Source: Catajapyx aquilonaris (lineage: Eukaryota). Taken from it: a DNA stretch of 52,821 nucleotides. Both the position numbers and the translations under genes were made by a program. The stretch covers positions 1-52,821 of the forward strand of contig KZ538704.1 of NCBI GenBank assembly GCA_000934665.2, read 5' to 3'. This document shows positions 1 through 12,362 of this stretch, one piece after another. Below the pieces are notes generated by a model, which was given only the letters and a program-made list of their open reading frames with translations, was not told where the DNA came from and made no database searches. Numbering within the stretch: position 1 is the stretch's first letter; every line of letters starts with the position of its first letter.

Positions 1-80
1 GTCTTTAATCATTGCCTTCGCTGTGATGGATTTTGATTGCAGAAGGAAACGGGAGAACCCCGCGAAAACCCACGCGAACA
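1..80 (-). mobile_element. Partial inverted copy of the SINE at 634-957
   Basis: Reverse complement of 1-80 matches 754-833 with one mismatch; runs off the window edge. Confidence 0.8.
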
Positions 81-291
81 TGAATGGATAAACATCCTTC
101 ATTGCTGGAGCAGTAGCAGTATGACGTGTATGAAATATGTTGTTTGTGACAGCCGCAAGCCTGACTGCCACACATTTTGCCTTGTGCCTTACACTGGCAT
201 TGAAGTGAATATCTTGAATCTAGCAGATTCATGCACGTCATATGTGGTCATACTGCTACTGCTCCAGCAATGAAGGATGTTTATCCATTCA
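81..291. repeat. 45-bp perfect inverted repeat (81-125 / 247-291) in a decayed Cys-rich coding relic
   Basis: TGAATGGATAAACATCC...GCAGTATGAC at 81-125 is the reverse complement of 247-291; minus ORF reads CQCKAQGKMCGSQACGC..SYCYC and continues on + strand after 247. Confidence 0.7.
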
Positions 292-633
292 CAATCCATT
301 CACAAAGACACTCGAATCAGTAGCAACGACTGCAGGTGAGGTTGATCAAGACGATTCTGAAGATACGGACCAGATTGATGATATTGATTGTCCTGATGAT
401 ATTGATTGACATGAGAATTTATTGTCACGAGGATGAATCTACTCAATCTGATTTCATGGATGAGTGGGACTAAATTCATTTAAATGCTTTCTTTGTGTCA
501 CTATTGCCATTCTTTAGATATGGTTACTTGTGTAATGATTATTTTCTGAGTTACTGTTACGTCATTCTAATGAATACTCTTTCATTATTATGTGTACCTA
601 TACTTGGTTAATGTTACTGTACATTGCAAAATA

Positions 634-888
634 GGGCGACACGGTGGCGAAGTGGTTAGCGCCGCAGTCTTCCACCTCTATAAGGTCCCGAGTTCGATCC
701 CCGGATCGGACAGAGGATAATGATGTGGATAGAGTTTCGATGGGTTCTCTCTGTGTTCGCGTGGGTTTTCGCGGGGTTCTCCCGTTTCCTTCTGCAATCA
801 AAATCCATCACAGCAAAGGCAATGATTAAAGACGGTTATTCAAAAGATGATCCCCTAAGAGGCCCAAGGAGGCCTATCACGAGGTATC

Positions 889-957
<69 letters not shown>
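634..957 (+). mobile_element. tRNA-derived SINE, full length, (TTA)n tail
   Basis: Pol III A box TGGCGAAGTGG (645-655), B box GTTCGATCC (692-700), (TTA)n 890-957, 11-bp TSD ATTGCAAAATA at 623-633 and 958-968. Confidence 0.9.
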
Positions 958-959
<2 letters not shown>

Positions 960-1397
960 TGCAAAATAATAATCAGAATTAATAACAGATTCTCAATTTT
1001 AGTTTGTATGACATTTCCAGGCGTTTATTATGATCTGTAACGCATCTGACGGTTACTGTATATAAGGGGTCGCCATCTTGCAATATGGCCGCCAAGTTTA
1101 ATTTTGATCATTAATGACGTTTCCAATGAAGTGGTGGGTTGGAAATGGAACAGATAAATTTTAAAAAAAACCTTCCTAGGTGCAATGCAAGCCAAGAATA
1201 TGACATTCACACTCTTTCGGTCGGCCATCTTGGATATATGGTTATTGCTGTAGTTGCCCAAAGTTGTCGACGCGACAACCAAGTTTAATTTGTTGAGGGA
1301 CCCCATCGGTGTACAAATCAATCAAAAAAGTTTATAGGAAACAACATTTCTAGGTTTGGTGGACTAACATAGGAATGCCAAATCGACTAGAAGGGCC

Positions 1398-3500
1398 ATG
1401 TCGTCGGGAGTGGCAGTCAAGGCGGTGAAGGAAGAAGGAGGAGAGCAGCAGGAAGTGAGCACGGAGGAGACCTGGAGACTGCAGATCAAGGAGGAGGACC
1501 CCTCCTGCCTTCAAGACCCATGGAGCTTCATCCAGGGCGTGGTGGAGCAGATCAAGGAGGAAGCCGCAGACGAAGAAGGCCAGTCGGGTGGGAAGGAAGC
1601 TGTGGAAGCCGCGCATGACTCTTTCACCACTCCTACCCATTGGGATGCCAAGGTACAGATTGGGGAAGATGAGCCTGGGTTGCATGGCGGAGGGCATTCC
1701 TTCAGGGGAAAGAGTTTTAATGGCGGCCTCCATGATTGGGTTGGTGTCTCTTCAAGGTTACTCCAAGATATCCCCTTCTTTTTTTAAAAAATGGCATGGT
1801 TACACAGATAACAGATCAAGTTGGGTATTTTATTGAAAGTCATGTACTTATGAGACAAGACCCTTTCTTTTGACCTGCAGGCAATAGTAAGTCACATGCA
1901 AATTAATGACTCAGGTCCACATCCAGGGTGAGAGGAATGATAACTCACGGTTATTGAGGTAGAAAAAGGCTCTCATATTTGAAGTGCATGCATCCAGTAT
2001 ATTATGCAACGGTGCCATTTTTCTTCCCGCCATGGTCCTATGCGCCTTGTGACCATGTACTGTACCTATACATACATTCAACAACAATAATGTTGATGAC
2101 GATAATACAGTAGACTCCAGATATATAAGAGACTTCAAGGGACCACCAAATTCAGGACCCTGAGGTTCCTATTTCCCCTGTCCAAGTATACAGGTTGTGA
2201 TGTGGAAATATGAAGGGACCAGCCCTTCAAGCTTACTCTCTGTCTAAGAGGATTTCTTGTAGCCAAGGCTCTTAGATCCAAAGTCAACTGTAACAAATGT
2301 CATCTTATTTGTTAATATGCCATAATTTTTGCAGTTGAAAGAAGAGTTGGAGCAAGAAGAAGAGAGACCAGATTCATTATTGGAGATGGCACAAGGTTTC
2401 AAGTCTGAGCCTGAAAAGGCCACCAAGGGATCAAAGGAATCAACAGCAAGAGAAAAGGTGGGCGATCCAAATGTTGAATTTGTACACCTAGTGAATTCAA
2501 TCAATGTTAGGCCTATAACACGTCAAGCTAGTGTTTAGGCATTTCATCATAATAATTCATGGCCTGAATGACTTCCACCTAAAACTGCTCGGCTCATGTA
2601 TTAAAATATGATTACTAGTAATAACAAGCAGCTTAGTACCAGTTGTTTAGTAACCAGTAAATGAATTCCTGCTCTAGCCCACTCTCTTCATCTGCATAAT
2701 CATGTTGTGCCAATTGCTTCTGACGCCTGTGTTTCATGTTTGTCCACCTTAACTATCCTTCTGTTAACAAGGCCTTCCTGGGGTGTATTACAGGCCATTG
2801 AGGTGACTAGAAGTTTACTTGAGAGAGAGATGAAGAGGAGGAGAAGCCAGGGGAGGCCACTTTCCCCAAGCGCAACACAGACTCCCCACAGCGTTGAACC
2901 TCAAAAGAATAAGAGGAGGAAGATGGAGGGAATTGCCAAGACCTCTGCATCACAAAAGTCGGGCCTGCCAACGTCTGCATCGACAACTTCTCTACTGGCG
3001 ATGTCTACGCCAGTGGAGGACGCGATGATTAGAACATTGCAGGCTCTTCGTGCGTATGTAAAATGAAAAGCTTCAGTATCGTGTCCCCCCCCAATCACGT
3101 AAAGTAACATACAAACTGGGACGTCATTGCAAGCCATTATTTTGTCCAATTGCCACCTGAAAATTGCCAGACGTGCTGCAATCTTGCATCCAAAACAGAT
3201 GGCAGTAGAGTGTAATTTTTTCTGATGCTGTGAAAGTCATTGTGAATGTGACAATGCTATAAGGAGTCATAATCTGTGTTAACCTATACTGAGTCATCAC
3301 AACAATTTATGTTCCCTTTCAGGCGACTAAGTGAGGAGCCTAAGGAGCCTAAGAAGCCTAAGGAGCCGTCCGACTTCACCAGATTCGCACAGTACGTCGA
3401 GGGCTATTACATGAAATTGTCTGCCAGTACGAAGAAGGCGTTCGAGCAGGCCGTTATCAGATTAGTCTGGGACACCCACAAGGCTGAAGGTGGAAAATAA
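1398..3500 (+). CDS. G1: acidic leader + BESS-like C-terminus (exons 1398-1652, 2335-2457, 2794-3053, 3323-3500)
   Basis: GT-AG introns give one open frame (phases 0,0,2). First two exons are homologous to those of G2 (LKEE..PDSLLEMAQGFK vs LKGE..PDPFMEMIEGFK). Last exon DFTRFAQYVEGYYMKLSASTKKAFEQAVIRLV resembles a BESS motif. Promoter not seen in window. Confidence 0.7.
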
Positions 3501-3634
3501 ATGTCCAGATTCAAAAACTGACTCGCAAGTATTCATTATTTACAGTATACAGTTAAATAGTAACAAAATGCCAAGGTCAAGTCTCACACAAAGGTCTGGA
3601 CCATTTTTTGTTGGTTTCCAACTTCTGCTGACTT

Positions 3635-3985
3635 AGGGAGGCGAAGTGGTGCTGCGGTAACGTACGCGCCCACGGATGTTAAGGTCCCGGGTTCGATCCC
3701 AACCCGGGGACACCCCCTTCATCTCGTGCAGAGTTCATTGGGTCACCTCTGGCTTCGTCTCGGGTGGTATTTCCTACAGACTAAACCACCCGGGGGAGTT
3801 CACTAAAAATGGCCACATAAAGACATTGCACTGCACCTTGCACATCCCCTCCTGTCATCCTGCCCGTGGGCCTGGGCGTTACGTATAAAGGCTCCAATGT
3901 ACACGACAAAAATAAATAAAGGTCCGTGCTACATACCTCTGATGAGGTCAGCACTACCCCGGATTATTTAAAAAAAAGAAAAAAA
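3635..3985 (+). mobile_element. tRNA-derived SINE with poly(A) tail
   Basis: Head GGGAGGCGAAGTGGTG..GGTTCGATCCC, A-rich tail 3970-3987, 15-bp TSD AACTTCTGCTGACTT at 3620-3634 and 3986-4000. Confidence 0.9.
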
Positions 3986-4123
3986 AACTTCTGCTGACTT
4001 TAAAAAGTACATGAATATGAACGATCTAACAGGACAAAGCTCACAAATTAAATTAATAACACAGTTATGTGTACAACTTTGTTAAAAACAACTTCCAAGA
4101 CATGGCCAGGAAAAGTCAACATT

Positions 4124-4380
4124 CTACTGTGCACAGATGAATCCCCCTTGCGCTTTTCCTACTAGTCCTACAACTGTTGACACCTGGTCGTTTCCACTGC
4201 CAGGTGCAGATGAAAAGTAGTCTGATGCATGGACATCTCGCACGCACCCAGCAGCATGGTTGAAGTTCTTGGCTGATGTGGGCAACAACAATGAGGCCCA
4301 AACACTCACGAGTTTCCTGCCTGAAGGTGCCTTCTTGGAAGAGGAGGTTCTACTGGAAATTTTGCGTCATAATAACCAGG
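4124..4380 (-). pseudogene. Decayed C-terminus of a PIF/Harbinger transposase
   Basis: Frameshifted minus-strand pieces PGYYD / QEGTFRQETRECLGL / KNFNHAAGCVRDVHASDYFSSAPGSGNDQ resemble the Harbinger transposase tail (PGxxD..GxWRQ..A..RD.F.DYF.S..GS..WQ), judged by eye. Confidence 0.5.
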
Positions 4381-4756
4381 AACATTTTTTTTTTTTACCG
4401 TGTATTACATCATTACAATAAGGCTGAATGAGTAGTTGCGTAATTGTTTATGGTATTGTGAGAGAAATATTTTGCTGCAATGGAAGCAATGGGTTCAGGG
4501 TGAGACTGTCACTATGTAAAGGTCACCTTTGAATTATTAAAATAATTCGCAAACTGATGAACATTCATGTATGTGCGGGCCTGAAGAAACTGCAATAATT
4601 TCTGTTTCGGAAATATATTTTTTTTTACAAAAAGACCGGATAAGTGAACTGCAGAACATTTTGCAGTGTGTACCGAGGAGGGAAAGAGCACGTTTGAAGC
4701 AACTCGAATGAATTAATAAATTATTAGTCAAGACGTTCAAAAAAGCGCTAATTAAA

Positions 4757-4891
4757 TAGCGGATAACAGGAGTAGCAGTCACAGGGATAGCGGCTACCAG
4801 ACCAACAGCGGTTAATCCCGTCCCTGCGATTGGGCGGTTGTGCGGCGATCGGAATGCGCCCCTTCTTCTTGTGAAGGCCAAGATGGCCGCC
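4757..4891 (+). promoter_or_regulatory. Cluster promoter, G2
   Basis: TAGCGG 4757 and 4788; GGCGATCGGAATGCGCCCC 4844-4862; YY1-type CAAGATGGCCGCC 4879-4891. Confidence 0.7.
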
Positions 4892-5145
4892 GCTGGTCGT
4901 GTCACTGGCTCTCTTGGCGTCTGTTTGGCTGGATCTGCTGCAGACTGGTGGGTTGGACACGGCGGCGGGAGGAAGCGGGGCCTGGGAGAGTCTCACCCTA
5001 CTCATCCTACTCCACAGATTTGCCCTCTTAGGACCCCTGCCAATGCTGCAGCAGCCCAACCGCCCAAGAAAATTGAGCTCTTGGATACTCGTTGCCGTGC
5101 ACCAGCAGGAAAGATTCCTTTTACCTTGACGCATTTGGAGCAGTC

Positions 5146-6849
5146 ATGTCGTCGGTGGTGGAGGAAGAAGAAGAGGAGGAGGAGGACATGGTGGTGGCCA
5201 CGGAGGAGATTTGGATGGCGCCATTGAAGAAGGAGGACTGCCTCGCATACGCCTCGACCCTTATTGCGGAGGACGGTGAACTGAAAAGAGAGGAGGAAGA
5301 GATGGTGGCAACGTCAGTGGTGCAGGGAGATGGAGGCCAGGGCGACCCACTTGCCATCCGATTGGGAAGGACCAATGACGAGGTACAGCACCCAGTTCAC
5401 ATCGCAATATGCCGTACAGCTTGACAGATGTGGTCTGCACATTAGGTGCAGGGTTGTAAACATTACATTGGCATTGAGACCATTTTGAAAGTCCAGTCCA
5501 GGACAACTTTGAACAATGATGATGATGATACCTAAATAAATAATGTGTATTTTTTTTTACATACCGGTATCAGTTGAAAGGAGAGCAGCAGGAGCCAGAA
5601 ACACCTGATCCGTTCATGGAAATGATAGAGGGTTTTAAGGAGCCCAACAAGAAAATTGGAAGCAGACCTGGGGATTCCATGGAAAAGGTGGGTCAACGTG
5701 GTGTTTAAAAAAATGCATTATTTGAAGAGTGCAGTTAGCTGCGACACATTATTTATTATGGGAAGAAATAATTTTCCCCATTAATACTAATTAAAATTTT
5801 TGGCATTTTAACTTGCATAATAATACAGGGTGGTGTAGTATTTTCAGTGTGAATAATATTGTTAATTGGTTTTAAGGTTGATTGATCAAGACCCATTTGC
5901 TGGAAAATTCATTTCCTTGTGCACCTTTCAGGTTGAGGAGGAAAAAGCTGATGGCCGAGTGAAGAAGGGGAAGAAGAGGCGACCTAATGAAGAGAAGCCA
6001 TTTGCTTGCCAACTGTGTGAGAAAAGATTTCTTTTCGCATCTGACATGAGCAAACATATGCTAACCCATTTGGAGCAGTCATTCGAATGCCAGCTGTGCC
6101 AGAAAGTGTTTAGATGCGCATACACTTTGAAGTTGCACACGCGCAGGCACACTGGAGAGAAGCCTTATTCTTGTCGCGTATGCCAGAAGGCGTTTTATCA
6201 GTCGACTTATTTGAAGGAGCACATGATGACTCATGCGGGAGAGAAGCCCTACTCGTGCCGAGTGTGTGAGAAGCGGTTTTTAAGATCGTCGCATCTGAAA
6301 AAGCACATGAAGACTCACAGAGAAGAGGAGCCACTAGTGTGCCACTTGTGCCAGGGCAAGTTTATTTTGGCAAGTGACTTGGAGAAGCACATGAGGAGTC
6401 ACGCCACAGAGGATCCATTTGCATGCAGAGTGTTTCAGGAAAGTTTAAGTGAATTAGTCTTGAAAGTGCACAGGAGTGGGCAAGCGGGAGAAAAGCCTTT
6501 TGTTTGTCAAATATGTGAGAAGCCATTCAGCCGTGCGTCTCACTTGAAGAAACACCTGGTGATTCATTCAGAGAAGCAGTTTGTCTGTCAGGTATGCCAG
6601 GAGAGGTTCAGCTGGCCGTATGCTTTGAGAAGGCACATGGTTATCCACACGGGCGAGGAACCATACTCTTGTCCAGTGTGTCAGAAGAAGTCTCGCCGTG
6701 CCTCTGACATGAAGAAGCACATGCGGACTCATACTGGAGAGAAGCCTTTTGCCTGCCAGGTATGTCAGCGATCGTTCAGTCAGTCGTCTAACATGAAGAA
6801 ACACATGAAGATGCATGAGGGAGAGGATCCAATTGAAAACCAAGGGTAG
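5146..6849 (+). CDS. G2: acidic leader + C2H2 zinc-finger protein (9 intact + 1 degenerate finger); exons 5146-5382, 5574-5687, 5932-6849
   Basis: All introns phase 0; leader ends GDPLAIRLGRTNDE|gtacag; fingers with TGEKP linkers. Confidence 0.85.
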
Positions 6850-6954
6850 AGAGTTTCACCTGAGAGTATGCACATGTTCTGTTCAACTGGCTCCTTACTA
6901 AATTTGAATTGTTAAAACTCTCAAGTCACGAACACATTAAATTGTAGTTTTCAG

Positions 6955-7195
6955 ATGCTTCTGATTTGAATACTTGCACATGATGACTCATGTAGGAATG
7001 AGGCCGTTTATTTGCCACATCTGCCTTAAAAGGTTTGTCTGGGCCAGTGTCCTGCAAGATCACATTGAGAAGCACGCAAGGGACGACGAGGACGTAAAAT
7101 GCCAGATTTGCGAGAAAGTGTTTAGGTGGCCACATCTTTTGAAACAGCGCATGCAGATTCACCACAAAAAGAAGCCCAATGCTAAGGTCAAGTAA
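6955..7195 (+). pseudogene. Two residual C2H2 fingers 3' of the G2 stop
   Basis: CHICLKRF..HIEKH and CQICEKVF..QRMQIH; frameshifted at its 5' side. Confidence 0.6.
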
Positions 7196-7711
7196 CTCCA
7201 TTGAATGTGTCACACATGCCCAAATACGAGTAGAAGACGTTTCAGTCTATATATTCTTGCATTGTGTTCATGTCTTCACGATACATATATTTATACAGTT
7301 GGCCAAGAAATAAAGTCATGTTTGGGTTAGTGTCAGGTAATGCTTGTTATTATAGGTACCTCAATTTTGTCTTTCAGTTCTTCCGTCCTTCTCAGCATTG
7401 TTATATATCACAGGTTCAAGTGTCCCCAGTACATCGAAGCGCATATTATGGCAATATATTCCTCCTAGGCCAGCATGGGATTGGTTAATTCTGTTCAGTA
7501 CGAACATGATAAGTTCACAGCAGTGCTGACTTTTAAAAAAAACCTGTACTGCACATCACCTGCAACTGTACAAGTGGGCATCATATCTTGTGGCAGCGTG
7601 TGCACTGCTTGAATTATTTGGAGTTGTATTTGCTTCAATCCGCATTCATTTGAGTACGACAAGTTGACCAAAAAGATGTCCCATATGATTTTGTCAATAG
7701 CGAATAGCTTG

Positions 7712-7853
7712 TAGCGGAATTTACCAGTAGCGACGAATGTTGTAACAGTTAATGGAGATATAGCTTTTAAGGCCTTCCCTGGCTGGAATCGGTTTGGGAT
7801 TGTCAGTTGCCGTGCGTCGGAACGCACCCCCGCCCCGAGCTCAAAATGGCCAC
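7712..7853 (+). promoter_or_regulatory. Cluster promoter, G3
   Basis: TAGCGG 7712; GCGTCGGAACGCACCC 7814-7829; CAAAATGGCC 7842-7851. Confidence 0.7.
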
Positions 7854-8110
7854 CGACCATTTCCCCATCATAGTTTGAGCGTGGTTTGAGGGAAAAGGGA
7901 AGGGCTCGGCCTCTGGTTTCGCCCCTGGTCGGATTGCGCCCTGGGGCGGCCCTTGGGGTGCCGGACGGACGGGCAGAGGGGCAGGAGGAAGCCGCTGCCG
8001 CCGGAAAAGGGGTGAAGGTCGCGCTCCATTGTTAGTGCGGCATATATAGACTCATCTTTTATTATTTTCATGTCGTTTCTCTTTATAATAGTCGGCGCAG
8101 CAGCAGGGCC

Positions 8111-10668
8111 ATGATGTTGACGCCGGCCATCAAGAAGGAGGTGGAGGACGAGGACGACTGGATTCCCCTGGAGGACTTGTGGAGGAGGCGTGGTCCTCCC
8201 GTGGTGAAGCAGGAGGAGCCGGAGGAGGTCCAAGGGGAAGGAGCGGCCACCCAAGATGCCGATGCGGATCATGACCCACTGGCCACTGGCACGGAGGAGG
8301 AGGAGGAGACCTCTCAGGTACGCCAGCTGGCATGCTGCTGGAATAGAGCAAACAAATAGCCAGCGGTGGCACAATCAAGAGAAGATGTAACACCAAAGAA
8401 AGCATCATTTAGGCCTAGTACTCGTGTCATAAAAGTATACTGTTTAGCTACCCATATTCAATGGTGGGAACAGCTAGCTGTAAGGTTAGCTTCGCTAACT
8501 GCTAACAAAAAACATTGACTTTGCTACATCGCTAATGCTAAACAGCTAGAGAGATCAACGGAAGCTGACGCTAATATTACAATAAAACCTTAATATAACG
8601 CTCTACAAGGGACTGCCCGAAAGTAGCGTTATAACCTTATGGAAATGATCAAGGGGCGTTACAAGCAGGAACGCGTTATATGCAAGGAGCGTTATGTCGA
8701 GGTTTCACTGTATATGAATTTAGCCTTTTGTTGTTCTTTTTTTGCTCTATTACCCTTTTTTTTAAAAAAAAAAAACCTAGAGTGGTACAGCCTAGAGAGC
8801 ACTGCTACGCGTATGCCTTATTTAGTTATTTTACTGTTCCGTACAAAATGTAATAAAAAAATCCAAAAAGAAAAAATTCTAGCAAAAGCAAAAGCAAAAA
8901 AGGTCTAATTGCAGCAAAAGTATTATATTGGAAAATGTAGTTCACTTTGGCTGCCTCTGACTCCACTGTTTCGAAGTGATGGCAGTTGGCCTTCAAAATG
9001 CTGCTCAGAAAATAACAGACAGCGTGGGAGGAACATGTATGAATTGTGTTTAGCAGACTTAGATTTAGCGGAACTAAACTTAGCGGAAGTTAATTGGTAC
9101 ACTAACGCTTTACAAAGTTAGCGAAAACGCTAATCAGCTAACCAAAACGTTAGCTTCCCTAATTAGCTATGAGCTGATCCCTGCCCGCCACTGCCCACGT
9201 TGACACTAATCAGACAGGTTGCAAGAGCAGATTTAATTTGGTTTTTTTCAGAATTCAATCTTTATCTGCAAACAAAGGTCATTTGTGTGTGGCTTCTAAA
9301 ATGATGGTTTCATATCGACAAATGTTACAAACTTCTGGTGACAAAAAGGTGCAAAAGACAGTTTACGGTGCAATGTTAACACCTCACAAAAAAATATCTG
9401 GAAAAAAAAAAAATGCAGTTGACCTTAGCATTTTGATTGTGGCATGGGGGACTATCCAAACCCTTTAAGACAATATATTTTAACACAAACTAAATGAATT
9501 TTTTTCTTCCAGTATTATTTTAATTATTGAAATCAACTCTGCCATTGGGGGGCGATTCCCTCTGCTGCTTAATTAATGCGTGGCCTGACCAGTCACCAGA
9601 AGATCCATTGTAATGGTCATACGAGACGGCTAGGTGTACACACTAGTAGTCACTGCCCACCCCATTATTCTGGGTTTATGCCTTGAAGTCATGAATGAAT
9701 GAACATTCAGTTTAAAGTGATAATTGAAAGTTGCACTGACCTTTTGAAATTATATTTTATCTTGAATGGCAGACAGATGGCACCCAATTTTTAGAGGCCC
9801 TTATTGTTGGCTGAAATCGATGGTGAAAGGTTAGGCATTTGACCTCAGGAAATGTGATGTTCTAATACATCGGGGCTTTCATCTGCAAGTAATTCACAAT
9901 GCATTGATATTAAAGTGATGAAAAGTGATGCGAAAGATGAGCATACATTTTTCCTCCCATTGTGTGATATGTTGATGATCCATTTTCCAGTTGTTATTAT
10001 GGTTGTTATTGTAATGAATGCAATGGAATTGTTTTTGTAAGGGTGCGATGGGACTTGACACCTTTCCCTCTGCTTAAAAGTCAGTGACGTAATGCGTATT
10101 TCAGGTACCACAAGAGAAGGCTGGTGATGTAAATACTGGGCAAGGAGGGCAGGTGCAGACTGACACGAAGACACGTGAGGAAGAAAAGCCACTTGGTTGC
10201 TATTTGTGCCAGGAAAGATTTGATGTGGCTCATGATTACGAAGTGCATGTGTTGACTCACAAGTCGTTTGCCTGCCACTTGTGTCAGATGAAGTTTGCTC
10301 GGACGCTCGAGTTGAGAAAACACTTGCGGAAACACAAGCCACACGTGTGCCACGTTTGCCAGAAGAAGATTATCCCGGCGTCTAGGTTGGCTAAGCATCT
10401 GCTGAGCCACAAGTCATATTCATGCCAAATTTGCCGCAATAAGTTCTTTCACGAGAGCGACATGAAAAAGCACATGTTAACTACTCATGATGTATTTCCT
10501 TGTCATGTTTGTGACCAGGTGTTTCCTCAGCAGCCTCTGTTAAGAACCCACATGCTGACTCACAAACCATTTACTTGCCACATTTGCCAGATGAAGTTCT
10601 CTCAGGAACCTTATTTGAAAAAGCACTTGTTGACTGGAAAGTGTGCCACAGTGCACCAGATGAAGTAG
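8111..10668 (+). CDS. G3: acidic leader + 6 C2H2/C2HC fingers (exons 8111-8317, 10105-10668)
   Basis: Leader AIKKEVED..DHDPLATG..SQ|gtacgc, phase 0; acceptor tttcag at 10104 is in frame with the finger ORF. Confidence 0.8.
8459..9193. mobile_element. hAT-type non-autonomous element (MITE)
   Basis: Termini CAATGGTGGGAA / TGCCCGCCACTG (imperfect TIR), subterminal GCTAAC/TTAGC repeats, 8-bp TSD CCCATATT (8451-8458) vs CCCACGTT (9194-9201). Confidence 0.7.
8580..8710. mobile_element. Tc1/mariner-pogo type MITE nested in the hAT element
   Basis: TIRs CAATAAAACCTTAATATAACG / CGTTATGTCGAGGTTTCACTG flanked by TA on both sides. Confidence 0.7.
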
Positions 10669-11915
10669 GCATCTAAATTAAATAGACACCTCTTGATAAA
10701 TGTGGGAAAGAAATGCTCGTGTCAATTCACAAAGGAGTGAGACCATTATTGTACGAACGCTGGTACATTATTGTACTCGTAGTTGCCAGCCATGACCAAT
10801 AGTGTATGTCGGATTATCTTGTTTGAAAGAACCTACGGCATGTCATATGGGGAAGAAACCAATTATTATACGTGCTTACCTGGTTGATGGGACGTCTTTG
10901 CAGAAATCATCTTTAAATAATTCAGTCACGATTAATCATAATTGATTTAACTGACATGTTTGAGAATATTTAGGCGTACAGACAGCAAATGCGGGCACAG
11001 TATGATCTGAACACACATGACATAGTTGCTGGATGTGCAGCCATTTGCTTGAAATTATTGCAATGATAATAATTTTAGTAGGCAAGTGATGAGGAGAGAT
11101 GCAGCATGTTTCACCTTGTGTGACGTTCCATTTCAAAAATGGGTAGTGAAACACAAGATATTCTCTTTTGTGCGACGTTCAATTTATCATCCTTTCTGAC
11201 GTCTGGATTCACCTCGTAATATGTAAAGTAACCCAACTGATGCTGTAATAAATGACAGTTTGGACGTTCATTCATGCAATACTCATTGCTTACTATTGGT
11301 TTCAGACAACATCAGCTACTCTTATTACGAGTATCATTTCACACTGTTAGTTTTAAGGTGAAGTAGGGCAAGTTCATATTTGGAAGATGAATTTTCAATA
11401 TTTCCTGCCAGAAAAGTATTGATTTGTGAATGCATTTTTAAATGTGTGTCAACGAAACATTTATTCTTTTTTTCAGAAATTACATACATTTATCACATTG
11501 GTCATGTACGCTATATTATGAAATTATTAATGGCAGAGTGTGTTACATTTTGTTGACAATAGCGACCCACACAACAGTAGGGCTTGATAAGTCCTTCATG
11601 CCAAAATTGAGTTTAATGGGCAGGGTAATTTTTTTCGAGGAGCAAAATAATTTGCAAGTAAAATTCCTTCCACCTATTGTAGTTGAAAATTGTGACATTT
11701 TAAAATGGACAAATCCATCGATTTTTAGGTGAAAATATTTCAGAGGAGCTGCAATAAAAGTCGTGTAAAAGTCATCTAGGTGTGAAACCAGTGAATGCTT
11801 CTCGCATTGCCGTTTCATTTTCTTGGGTAATGTTACAGTTGTGTTGTTTTTTTTAAATCTACGTATAGCTATGTTTCATTTCAATGAATACTCACCGATC
11901 TAATACATCTTTCAG

Positions 11916-12362
11916 GTGGTGCGAGGGAACATTGGCAATGAAAATGCGGGAGTGCTGCTGGATGCTCACGGCAGGACTCCAGAGAAAGAGAAAATACTAA
12001 GCTGCCCTTTGTGCCAGGAACGCTTCAGCCTGGTGCACGATTACGACACTCACATGCTGACCCACAGAGGAGAAAGGCCATTCCCCTGCAGCATATGCTC
12101 AAAAAAGTTTGTCCGTGCAAGTAATCTGAAAAGGCACATGGCCACTCATCCCGAAAAGACACTCTTTGCTTGTCCAGCATGCCTGGAAACATTTCACACC
12201 GCATATAAATTAAACAGACACCTGTTGACCAACGACTGTCACAAAGAGGTGGGACAGTTCATGTGCCAAGTTTGTCGTAAGCCGACCGAGATGACCGACT
12301 TCCCCTTGATGGGGAATACGCAAGAGAAGTCGTACGTTTGCCAGGGTTGCCGAAAGAAATGA
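11916..12362 (+). CDS. G3 alternative terminal exon: about 3 zinc fingers plus partial fingers
   Basis: Phase-0 acceptor ctttcag at 11915; first finger CPLCQERFSLVHDYDTHMLTH paralogous to CYLCQERFDVAHDYEVHVLTH; no promoter or leader between 10668 and 11916; AATAAA near 12484. Confidence 0.65.
   Translation: MVRGNIGNENAGVLLDAHGRTPEKEKILSCPLCQERFSLVHDYDTHMLTHRGERPFPCSICSKKFVRASNLKRHMATHPEKTLFACPACLETFHTAYKLNRHLLTNDCHKEVGQFMCQVCRKPTEMTDFPLMGNTQEKSYVCQGCRKK

Noticed and set aside
634..715. tRNA genes here and at 3636, 35666, 52582
   Set aside because: A/B boxes continue into unrelated bodies; the first three have simple-repeat tails and TSDs, so they are SINEs. No full cloverleaf seen.
720..1040. 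ORF with poly-Leu tract
   Set aside because: Translation of the (TTA)n SINE tail.
1068..1235. Two reverse CAAGATGGC motifs as the G1 cluster promoter
   Set aside because: Wrong orientation and no GAATGC or TAGCG boxes; more likely part of a repeat.
5146..5382. ZAD, KRAB, SCAN or BTB domain in the leader exons
   Set aside because: No paired CxxC of ZAD and no recognisable KRAB/SCAN/BTB signature; composition is acidic and low complexity.
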